Position numbers and translations under genes: made by a program. The notes under the pieces were generated by a model. The model was not told the origin of the DNA. It saw only the letters and a program-made list of their open reading frames with translations, and did not search any database. Below are positions 56,011 through 64,000 of a stretch of DNA of 64,000 nucleotides, piece by piece; within the stretch, counting starts at the first letter, position 1; each line of letters starts with the position of its first letter. This DNA comes from Vulcanimicrobiota bacterium (lineage in GTDB: Bacteria > Vulcanimicrobiota > Vulcanimicrobiia > Vulcanimicrobiales > Vulcanimicrobiaceae): the NCBI GenBank assembly GCA_003135555.1, contig PLCF01000072.1, forward strand, positions 19,470 to 83,469, in the 5' to 3' direction.

Positions 56011-56744
56011 CGCCGCTCGCCGAACGGACGCCCCTGGAGCTCCCGTTGCGCGCGGGGCTCATCAGCGCCGCCGTCACGTTCGCGATCTACTATGTCACGG
56101 CGTTCGTCGTCGCCGAGGCCTTGCTCGTCGGCGGAAAAATGATCTACGGCGTCTACCCATCCAAGGCATTCGGTCATCCGGTTCTGGGGATCGCCGCGTT
56201 CGCCGGCGCCGGCGCCGCCGCCTGGTTCGCGTTCGCGCGATTGCGCCGGCTGGGCTGGCGCGCCATTCGCGTCCCCACCCTTCGCGACGCCGCAATCTAC
56301 GTCGCCGCGGTCGCGGCCGTCATCGCGCTCAACGCCGCCCACATACTCATCCTGAGTGCTACGCACATCCACTATGTCCCGCGGCTCTTGCGCGGATTCT
56401 CGGTTCTCGACCGCGATCCGATCGTGACCATCATCGGCGCCGTCACGACGCTCGCCGCCGGTTCGATCGGCGCGCCGCTGTTCGAAGAAGCGACATCACG
56501 CGCGCTGCTCTTCGGCGCACTGATCCCACGCTGCGCGCCGTTCGGCGCGGCGATCGTCAGCGCGATCGTCTTCGGAGCCGTCCACCTCGACCCAATCGGC
56601 TTCCCACTCCTGTTCGCATACGCCCTCGTCGCCACGGCGAGCTACGCCCTCACCAGCAACCTCCTCGTCCCGATCGCCCTCCACGCCACCACCAACATCG
56701 TCCTGGTCGGAGCGCTCGTCGCCCGCTCTCTGGCCGGTTACTAG
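56007..56744 (+). CDS. second CPBP (Abi/CAAX) intramembrane metalloprotease
   Basis: EEATSRA, FGAVH and HATTN. Confidence 0.85.
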   Translation: MTPLAERTPLELPLRAGLISAAVTFAIYYVTAFVVAEALLVGGKMIYGVYPSKAFGHPVLGIAAFAGAGAAAWFAFARLRRLGWRAIRVPTLRDAAIYVAAVAAVIALNAAHILILSATHIHYVPRLLRGFSVLDRDPIVTIIGAVTTLAAGSIGAPLFEEATSRALLFGALIPRCAPFGAAIVSAIVFGAVHLDPIGFPLLFAYALVATASYALTSNLLVPIALHATTNIVLVGALVARSLAGY

Positions 56745-56757
56745 GCGCGAGCCGGCG

Positions 56758-58194
56758 CTAGAGGATGTAGCTGCTGAGGTCCGAGTTCCCGGCGATCGAT
56801 TCCAGCCGTTCGCGCACGTAGACGGCGTCGATCGTCACCTTGCCGCCCTCTTCCGGCGCCCGGAAGGCGATCTCGTCGAGGACGCGCTCGAGCACCGTAT
56901 GCAAGCGCCGCGCCCCGATGTTCTCGGTCTGCTCGTTGACGCGCATCGCGATCTGGGCGATCTCGGCGATGGCATCGGTGGTGACCTCGAGGTCGACGCC
57001 GTCGGCGCCGAGCAACGCCTTGTACTGGCCGATCAGCGCGTTCTCGGGCTGGGTCAGGATGATCTCGAAATCGGCCGCGGTGAGCGAGTCCAGCTCGACG
57101 CGTACCGGAAACCGCCCCTGCAACTCGGGGATCAGATCCGAGGGCTTCGCGACGTGGAAAGCGCCGGCCGCGATGAACAGCACGTGGTCGGTCGAGAGCG
57201 GCCCGTGCTTGGTCTGTACGGTGCTGCCTTCGACGATCGGGAGGATGTCGCGTTGCACGCCTTCGCGCGAGACGTCGGGGCCGCGCGATCCCTCGCGGCC
57301 TGCGACCTTGTCGATCTCGTCGATGAAGACGATACCGTGGTCGCCGGCGCGGCGCAGCGCCTCGCGCTTGACCGCATCCTGGTCGATGAGCTTCTCGGCT
57401 TCCTGTTGGGCGAAGATCCGCCGCGCATCGGCGACGGTGACCTTCTTGCGCACCCGGCGCTTGGGCAGCAGGCCACCCAGCATCTCGCCCATGTCGTTGC
57501 CGCCCATGCCGCCCCCGTCGCCGCCGCCCAACACGCCGATGGGCAGCTGCGCTGCTTCCTCGACCTCGATCTCGATGATGCGCACGTCGTAGAAACCGCG
57601 CTCGACGTCGGCCTTGGCGGTCGCGCGGATACGGCCGGCTTCGTCGTCGGGCAGCGTCCGCGTCGTGGTCTGCATCGCCGCTTGCGGCTGCTGGTTCGCA
57701 AACGCGTTGCCGAAGATCGATCCCAGCGACGCCGCGAACGGGTTGGGCTGTTGCTGCGGCTGGGCACTCGTCTCGGGGTGCAAGGCGTCGACGATGCGTT
57801 CCACGGCGGCGGCATCAGCGGCGTCGCGAACGTCGCTGCGACGCTCTTCGGAGACCATCCGCACCGCGGCCTCGGCGAGGTCGCGCACCATCGACTCGAC
57901 GTCGCGCCCGACGTAGCCGACCTCGGTGTACTTCGTCGCCTCGACCTTGATGAACGGCGCGCCGGCGAGCGCCGCGAGCCGCCGCGCGATCTCGGTTTTG
58001 CCGACCCCGGTCGGGCCGATCATGAGGATGTTCTTGGGCGTGACCTCTTTGCGGACGGCCTCCGGGAGCCGCTCGCGGCGGTAACGGTTGCGCATCGCCA
58101 CGGCGACGGCCCGCTTGGCATCGCCCTGTCCGACGATGTAGCGGTCCAACTCCGCCACGATCTCACGCGGCGTCAATTCTTGCGGGTTTTTCAT
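56758..58194 (-). CDS. hslU: ATP-dependent protease ATPase subunit HslU
   Basis: LTPREIV.ELDRYIVGQ, GPTGVGKTEIARRLA, GYVGRDVESM and ENIGARRLHT. ATG at 58194. Confidence 0.97.
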   Translation of the reverse strand: MKNPQELTPREIVAELDRYIVGQGDAKRAVAVAMRNRYRRERLPEAVRKEVTPKNILMIGPTGVGKTEIARRLAALAGAPFIKVEATKYTEVGYVGRDVESMVRDLAEAAVRMVSEERRSDVRDAADAAAVERIVDALHPETSAQPQQQPNPFAASLGSIFGNAFANQQPQAAMQTTTRTLPDDEAGRIRATAKADVERGFYDVRIIEIEVEEAAQLPIGVLGGGDGGGMGGNDMGEMLGGLLPKRRVRKKVTVADARRIFAQQEAEKLIDQDAVKREALRRAGDHGIVFIDEIDKVAGREGSRGPDVSREGVQRDILPIVEGSTVQTKHGPLSTDHVLFIAAGAFHVAKPSDLIPELQGRFPVRVELDSLTAADFEIILTQPENALIGQYKALLGADGVDLEVTTDAIAEIAQIAMRVNEQTENIGARRLHTVLERVLDEIAFRAPEEGGKVTIDAVYVRERLESIAGNSDLSSYIL

Positions 58195-58309
58195 TTTGAC
58201 GGCGCTCCGCCCCGGGCTGCGCGCCCCCCACGCTGCGCGTGGGGCCCCCGGGTCCGACCTCGCAACAACGTCGTCGTACGAGCATGATAGATCTGCGCTC
58301 GGTCCATCA

Positions 58310-58843
58310 TCATGGGAGGCTGAGCACTTGGACGTCGTCGTTGGTGTAGATGTCGATGCGGCCGGCGATGCGCAACGCCTCGCGCGCGATCTCGGCGACG
58401 TCGAGGGTGGAATGGCCCAGGAGCGCCATCGCGGCGGCCTGCGCGTACGGCCCGCCGCTGCCGATCGCGGCAACGCCCTCGTCGGGCTCGATCACGTCGC
58501 CCGTCCCGCTGAGCACGAACAGATGGTCGGGCGTCCCGACGATGAGCAACGCCTCGAGCCGGCGCAGCGCGCGGTCCTGACGCCAGTCCTTGGCCAACTC
58601 CACCGCGGCGCGCACGACGTTGTCCTTGTAGGAGCTCATCTTGCCCTCGAACTTTTCGAGCAGCGTGATCCCGTCGGCGGCGCTGCCGGCGAATCCGGCC
58701 AGCACCTTGCCGCCGGCGATGGCTCGCACCTTGCGCGCGCCGTGTTTCATGACCGTCTTGTCGACGGTCACTTGCCCATCCCCGGCCATCGCGATCTTCC
58801 CGTCCCGGCGGACGGCACAGATCGTGGTCGATCGTATTCGCAT
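58310..58843 (-). CDS. hslV: ATP-dependent protease peptidase subunit HslV
   Basis: STTI.AVR, AGDGQVT, GFAGS.AD and AIGSGG.YA. Confidence 0.97.
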   Translation of the reverse strand: MRIRSTTICAVRRDGKIAMAGDGQVTVDKTVMKHGARKVRAIAGGKVLAGFAGSAADGITLLEKFEGKMSSYKDNVVRAAVELAKDWRQDRALRRLEALLIVGTPDHLFVLSGTGDVIEPDEGVAAIGSGGPYAQAAAMALLGHSTLDVAEIAREALRIAGRIDIYTNDDVQVLSLP

Positions 58844-58889
58844 CTGGACTAGCTACTCGCCGCGTGACGGCGTGGTTGCACCCGGGGCG

Positions 58890-59156
58890 CTAGTGGCTGC
58901 CCCCGCCGTCGGCCGGGCCGGCCGGCGGAGGGATCAGCGCCGCATCGGCGGCATCGGCGACGACCGCCTGCACGGTTCGTTCCTCGGAACGGACGAAGCG
59001 AGCCGGCATCGACACGACGATGCGGCGCTGCGACCCCGGCAGATCGCCGTCGACCGTGACGTCGAGCGGACGATCGTCGTCGTCGCGCGCGTGGTCGTCT
59101 CGTTCGCTCACCTCGGTGCGTACCGCGGGGCCCTTCTGCTTGTTGCGGCTATGCAT
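58890..59156 (-). CDS. small hypothetical protein
   Basis: Fills the trmFO-hslV gap, overlaps the trmFO end and has acidic composition. Start uncertain. Confidence 0.45.
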   Translation of the reverse strand: MHSRNKQKGPAVRTEVSERDDHARDDDDRPLDVTVDGDLPGSQRRIVVSMPARFVRSEERTVQAVVADAADAALIPPPAGPADGGGSH

Positions 59157-60504
59157 GCACCGGTTGCCCCGCGTGGGCCACGACGGCCGCGGCGAAGGCG
59201 TCGAGCTTGGCCAGCCCGCGTTCCGCCAGCTTGGTGCGGCGCAGGCGTTTGTCGCGAACGTTCTCGTCGAGCGGGGTGAAGAACGTCCAGGTCACGTTGG
59301 CCGGCTGGAAGTCGGCGGTGGCGGTATTCTGCAGGTGCGCAACGACGGCGCCCAGCGCGGTGTCGCTGGGAACCTCCACGGCCGGCAGCCCGAGCCGCTC
59401 GCGCGCCGCGGTGATCCCGGCGATCGCGCCGCACGCCGCGGCTTCGACGTAGCCTTCCGCACCGGTGATCTGACCGGCGAAAAAGATCCGCGGGTCGGCG
59501 CGCAGCCGCAGATCCGGGCCCAACAGACGCGGTGAGTCGATGAAGGTGTTGCGGTGCATCACGCCCAGACGCAACCACTCGGCGGCGGCGAGGCCGGGCA
59601 GCTTTCCGAAGGCTTCTTTTTGTGCCGGCCAGGTCAAGCGCGTCTGAAACCCGACCAGGTTGAGCGCCGTTCCGGCGGCGTTCTCGTTGCGCAGTTGGAC
59701 CACCGCATGGGGCGTTTTGCCGGTGCGCGGATCGCGCAGTCCGACCGGTTTGAGCGGGCCGAAACGCAGCGCGTCTTCGCCGCGCGCCGCCATCTCCTCG
59801 ATCGGCAGACAGCCCTCGAAGTACGGCACGTCGCCGCCCGCGACGTCGGCTTCGAACCCGTGCGGGTCGTGCTTGGGCAGGCTGCGCAGATCGGCGATGA
59901 AACGAGCGTAGGTCTCGCGGTCGAGCGGGATGTTGAGGTAGTCTTCGCCCGCGCCCTTATCGTAGCGCGACTTGCGGTACATCACGCTGACGTCGATGGA
60001 GTCGGCGGCGACGATGGGAGCCGCCGCATCGTAGTAGTGCAGCCTGCCACCCAGTAACGCGTCGACGGCGGCGGCCAGCGGTTCGGACGGCAAGGGTCCG
60101 CAGGCTACGATGACGAGACCCGCGGACGGGATCGCCGCGATCTCCTCGCGCCGGATCTCGACGTTGGGGAGCGCGGCGAGCCGCGACTCGACCAGCGCGC
60201 CGAAGCGCTCGCGGTCGACCGCCAGCGCGCCGCCGGCCGGGACCGCGGCTTCGCGCGCCGAGGAGACGATGAGCGAATCGAGCCGCGCCAGCTCTTCCTT
60301 GAGCAAGCCGACGGCGTTTTCGAGCGCGGCGCCGCGCAGCGAGTTCGAGCACACTAACTCGGCCAGCGTGCCGGTGTGATGCGCGGGGCCGCGCTTGTGC
60401 GGGCGCATCTCGTAGAGCACGACGGAGGCTCCGCGGCGCGCGGCTTGCCAGGCCGCCTCGCAGCCGGCCAGACCGCCGCCGATCACCGTCACGTCCGGCG
60501 GCAT
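59149..60504 (-). CDS. trmFO: methylenetetrahydrofolate--tRNA-(uracil-5)-methyltransferase TrmFO
   Basis: GGGLAGCEAAWQ, AELVCSNS, FEGCLPIE, GPLKPVGL and GQITG.EGYVE. Confidence 0.96.
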   Translation of the reverse strand: MPPDVTVIGGGLAGCEAAWQAARRGASVVLYEMRPHKRGPAHHTGTLAELVCSNSLRGAALENAVGLLKEELARLDSLIVSSAREAAVPAGGALAVDRERFGALVESRLAALPNVEIRREEIAAIPSAGLVIVACGPLPSEPLAAAVDALLGGRLHYYDAAAPIVAADSIDVSVMYRKSRYDKGAGEDYLNIPLDRETYARFIADLRSLPKHDPHGFEADVAGGDVPYFEGCLPIEEMAARGEDALRFGPLKPVGLRDPRTGKTPHAVVQLRNENAAGTALNLVGFQTRLTWPAQKEAFGKLPGLAAAEWLRLGVMHRNTFIDSPRLLGPDLRLRADPRIFFAGQITGAEGYVEAAACGAIAGITAARERLGLPAVEVPSDTALGAVVAHLQNTATADFQPANVTWTFFTPLDENVRDKRLRRTKLAERGLAKLDAFAAAVVAHAGQPVHA

Positions 60505-62708
60505 TACACGGTTTCGAGTTCCGATTCGTCGGAGTCGGGGTGCGCGCCCAGGCCGGTGACGTGCTGCCGATCGGTGTGGCAGAGGTAGGCGACGTTGCCG
60601 CCGCGCTTATGCTTCTCGACGACGTAGTCGCCGCAGACCGCGCAGGGGTGCGGCGCGACCTTGTCCCACGAGACGAAGTCGCAGGCCGGATAGTTCGCGC
60701 AGCCGTAAAACGTGCGGCCTTTGCGCGACTTGCGCTCGGCGATCATCCCGCCGTCCTTGGGACACTTCACGCCGGTGTCCTTGAGAATCGGCTTGGTGGT
60801 CTTGCACTCGGGATACCCCGTGCACGACATGAAGCGCCCGAAGCGCCCGGTCTTGATGACCATCGGCTTGCCGCAGTTGACGCAGACCTCATCGGTCGGT
60901 TCGTCGCGTTGCTCGAACTTGGGCAGCTTGCGTTCCGCCTCTTCGAGCTCGCGCGAGAAGTCGCCGTAAAAGTCCCCGAGCACTTTGGCGGTGGCGTCCC
61001 AGCTGTCGCCGCCGGTCTCGGCCAGCTCGTCGAGCTTGCCTTCCATCAACGCGGTGAAGCGCAGGTCGACGATGTCGGGGAAGTGCTCGGCGAGCAGATC
61101 GTTGACCGCTTCACCGATCTCGGTGGGGTGGAAACGCCGTTCGAGCTGCTCGACGTAACCGCGGGCCTGGATCGTCTCGACGATCGCGCTATAGGTCGAC
61201 GGGCGGCCGATCCCGTTCTCCTCGAGTGCGCGCACCAGCGTCGCTTCGGTGAACCGCGGCGGCGGTTCGGTGAAATGCTGTTTGGGCTCGATGGAGTCGG
61301 CGTCGAGCTCTTCGCCTTCGGCCATCTTCGGCAGGATCGGACGCGCCTTCGCGGACTTTCCGTTCTGAGCCGCGGCAGCCTGTGCTGAGCTTGTCGCAGC
61401 ATCCGCGCCGGCCGCGCCCGAGCCGGTCGCGGGGTCGTCGACGCCTTCTTCGTACACCGCGGTGTAGCCGGCGAACTTCAGCACGCTACCGGTCGCGCGG
61501 AACGTGAAGCGCTCCGCGGCGGAGATGTCGACGGTCGTCTGATCGAACACGGCCGGCGCCATCTGCGAGGCCACGAAGCGCTCCCAGATAAGCTGGTAGA
61601 GCCGCAGTTCGTCGCGCTTGAGCACTCCCGAGAGCGACTCGGGCGTCCGCTGGACCGAGGTCGGGCGGATCGCCTCGTGCGCGTCCTGCGCGCCTTCCTT
61701 GAGCTTGAACTGACGCCCGCCGCCGTGGTATTCGGGACCGAACCGGCCGACGACGTAGTCGCGCGCGGCGTCCCGCGCGGAGTCGGCGATGCGCGTCGAG
61801 TCGGTCCGCATGTAGGTGATGAGCCCCTGCGTCCCCTCGCTGCGACCCAGATCGACGCCTTCGTAGAGCGACTGCGCGATCTGCATCGTCTTGCGGACGC
61901 GGAACTTGAGCTTGCGGGACGCCTCTTGCTGGAGGGTCGAGGTGGTGAACGGCGCGGCAGCGTTGCGGCGCGTCTCGCGCGTCTTGACCGAAGCAATACG
62001 AAACTGCGCCCCGGTGAGCGCCGCCATCACGGCCTCGGCTTGCTCGGCGTTGGCCAGCTCCGCTTTCTCGCCGTCGATTTGAAAGAGGTCGGCTGGGAAG
62101 ACGATGGGCGAGCCGTGCGCGGCCAGCAGTGCCGTGATCGTCCAGTACTCGCGTGCGACGAAGGCGCGGATCTCGCGCTCGCGGTCGACGATGAGCCGCA
62201 CCGCGACGGACTGGACCCGCCCGGCTGAGAGTCCGCCGCGCACCTTGGCCCACAGCAGCGGCGAGATCTTGTAGCCTACCAGACGGTCGAGGATCCGCCG
62301 CGCCTGCTGCGCGTTGACGCGCGGCATGTCGATCGGATGCGCGTCGCGCAACGCCGCCAAAGCCGCGTCTTTCGTGATCTCGTGGAGCTCGATGCGCTTG
62401 GGATTCTCGAGCTTGAGCAGCTCCGCGAGGTGCCACGCAATCGCCTCGCCCTCGCGGTCGGGGTCGGTCGCGAGGTACACCTCGGACGCCGCTTTGGCCG
62501 CCGCCTTGAGCTCCTTGATGACGTCGCCCTTCCCTTTGATGGTCAGGTAGCGGGGCGCAAACCCGTTGAGGACGTCGACCCCCAACGTCGACTTGGGGAG
62601 GTCGCGGACGTGGCCGACGGAGGCCTTCACAACGTAGCGCGCGGGCAAGAATTTCTTGATGGTTTTGGCTTTCGTCGGGGACTCGACGATGATCAGCGGC
62701 TTCGCCAC
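60504..62708 (-). CDS. topA: DNA topoisomerase I
   Basis: LIIVESP.KAK, ATDPDREGEAI, SAGRVQS, ITYMRTDS, GIGRPSTY and C-terminal zinc ribbons. GTG at 62708. Confidence 0.97.
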   Translation of the reverse strand: MAKPLIIVESPTKAKTIKKFLPARYVVKASVGHVRDLPKSTLGVDVLNGFAPRYLTIKGKGDVIKELKAAAKAASEVYLATDPDREGEAIAWHLAELLKLENPKRIELHEITKDAALAALRDAHPIDMPRVNAQQARRILDRLVGYKISPLLWAKVRGGLSAGRVQSVAVRLIVDREREIRAFVAREYWTITALLAAHGSPIVFPADLFQIDGEKAELANAEQAEAVMAALTGAQFRIASVKTRETRRNAAAPFTTSTLQQEASRKLKFRVRKTMQIAQSLYEGVDLGRSEGTQGLITYMRTDSTRIADSARDAARDYVVGRFGPEYHGGGRQFKLKEGAQDAHEAIRPTSVQRTPESLSGVLKRDELRLYQLIWERFVASQMAPAVFDQTTVDISAAERFTFRATGSVLKFAGYTAVYEEGVDDPATGSGAAGADAATSSAQAAAAQNGKSAKARPILPKMAEGEELDADSIEPKQHFTEPPPRFTEATLVRALEENGIGRPSTYSAIVETIQARGYVEQLERRFHPTEIGEAVNDLLAEHFPDIVDLRFTALMEGKLDELAETGGDSWDATAKVLGDFYGDFSRELEEAERKLPKFEQRDEPTDEVCVNCGKPMVIKTGRFGRFMSCTGYPECKTTKPILKDTGVKCPKDGGMIAERKSRKGRTFYGCANYPACDFVSWDKVAPHPCAVCGDYVVEKHKRGGNVAYLCHTDRQHVTGLGAHPDSDESELETV

Positions 62709-62939
62709 AACGGTCTCCAAAGGGTCGGCTCGGACGGCACGAGCTTCGGGCCACAGTATAAACCCGGACGTCAAGCCACACCAATTCCGGTCGCGCGGCG
62801 CGCGCGCGGAACAGCCGTCTGGGGCACAGAGTTGCACGATTCGCAAAAAAATTGTATTCTGCGTATAACTGCGTCGATGCTTCGACGCTTCGACGCATTA
62901 GCGAAACGACAACTCCGTCCGCGCGGACGAGGAGGTTGA

Positions 62940-63374
62940 ATGACCCCGGAAACGACACCCGCTGCCGCTCCGGCAGCAGCACCGAAGAAGAAACGCGGCG
63001 GCAAGCGCAAGGGCGCCGGCCGTAAGAAAGCCGCCGGCAAGAAGGCCGCGGCTCCCCGCAAGAAAGCCGCAAAGAAGGCCGGTGGCCGCAAGAAGGCCGC
63101 TCGCAAGAAGACCGGCGGACGCAAGAAAGCCGCGAAGAAAGCCGGTGGCCGTAAGAAGGCCGGCGGGCGCAAGAAGGCCGCGAAGAAGGCCGGCGGGCGC
63201 AAGAAGAAAGCCGGAGGCCGTAAGAAGGCCGGCGGGCGCAAGAAGGCCGCGAAGAAGGCCGGTGGGCGCAAGAAGAAAGCCGGAGGACGTAAGAAGGCCG
63301 GCGGGCGCAAGAAGGCCGCGAAAAAGGCCGGCGGGCGCAAGAAGAAAGCCGGCGGGCGCAAGAAGAAAAAGTAG
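62940..63374 (+). CDS. histone H1-like Lys/Ala/Gly/Arg-rich nucleoid protein
   Basis: GAGGAGG RBS, KKAGGR/KKAA repeats and an intrinsic terminator downstream. Confidence 0.85.
   Translation: MTPETTPAAAPAAAPKKKRGGKRKGAGRKKAAGKKAAAPRKKAAKKAGGRKKAARKKTGGRKKAAKKAGGRKKAGGRKKAAKKAGGRKKKAGGRKKAGGRKKAAKKAGGRKKKAGGRKKAGGRKKAAKKAGGRKKKAGGRKKKK
63153..63359 (+). repeat. 3 x 69-bp coding tandem repeat (KKAGGRKKAAKKAGGRKKKAGGR)
   Basis: Units start at 63153, 63222 and 63291 and differ only at synonymous positions. Confidence 0.9.
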
Positions 63375-63414
63375 CGCCCACTTCTGAGCCCGTATAAGGG
63401 CCCGGAACATCACA

Positions 63415-63453
63415 GAGGAGCGGTCCTACGGGCCGCTCCTCGTTTTTTCTTTT
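63415..63453 (+). terminator. rho-independent terminator
   Basis: GAGGAGCGGTC..GGCCGCTCCTC hairpin followed by TTTTTTCTTTT. Confidence 0.85.
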
Positions 63454-63454
63454 G

Positions 63455-64000
<546 letters not shown>

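Noticed and set aside
63153..63359. Tandem repeats as a possible CRISPR array
   Set aside because: No unique spacers, the period is a multiple of 3 inside a CDS, and there are no cas genes.
62771..63413. Repetitive hydrophobic minus-strand ORFs (FLRPPAFF.., LLAPAG..)
   Set aside because: Reverse-complement readings of the Lys-rich repeat. The RBS and terminator support the plus strand.

Overview
GC-rich bacterial chromosome segment (about 70% GC in sampled core lines). The gene order (topA-trmFO-hslV-hslU; def-fmt-rsmB-fhaA-FHA-PP2C-rodA) is Terrabacteria-like and would fit a lineage such as Vulcanimicrobiota/Eremiobacterota, but I cannot verify this. From left to right the window holds: (i) hutU divergent from a cysteine-dioxygenase-family gene; (ii) an 18-kb catabolic region for an unknown substrate, with a Liv-type ABC importer carrying two binding proteins, an LLM monooxygenase, a flavin reductase, TetR, an amidohydrolase, a CocE/NonD hydrolase and dehydrogenases; (iii) three orphan immunity-like genes; (iv) a 2-aminobenzoyl-CoA (abm) cluster with its own ABC importer and a palindromic operator; (v) a mixed accessory stretch; (vi) housekeeping genes, ending in a histone-H1-like Lys-rich gene and a partial peptide ABC ATPase. 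The most unusual structure is at 39158-44852. One intact HExxH metallopeptidase gene is preceded by three truncated or degenerate copies of its own 5' end, two of them retaining the promoter-like sequence. Low-GC foreign cargo lies between the copies: a secreted alpha/beta hydrolase, an in-frame chimeric ORF, a wHTH-TIR protein and a DUF4062 relic. No integrase or transposase is present, which suggests a gene-anchored, recombinase-free cargo-capture array. I saw no tRNA, rRNA, CRISPR array or IS element. Family assignments come from motif recognition by eye, not from database searches.
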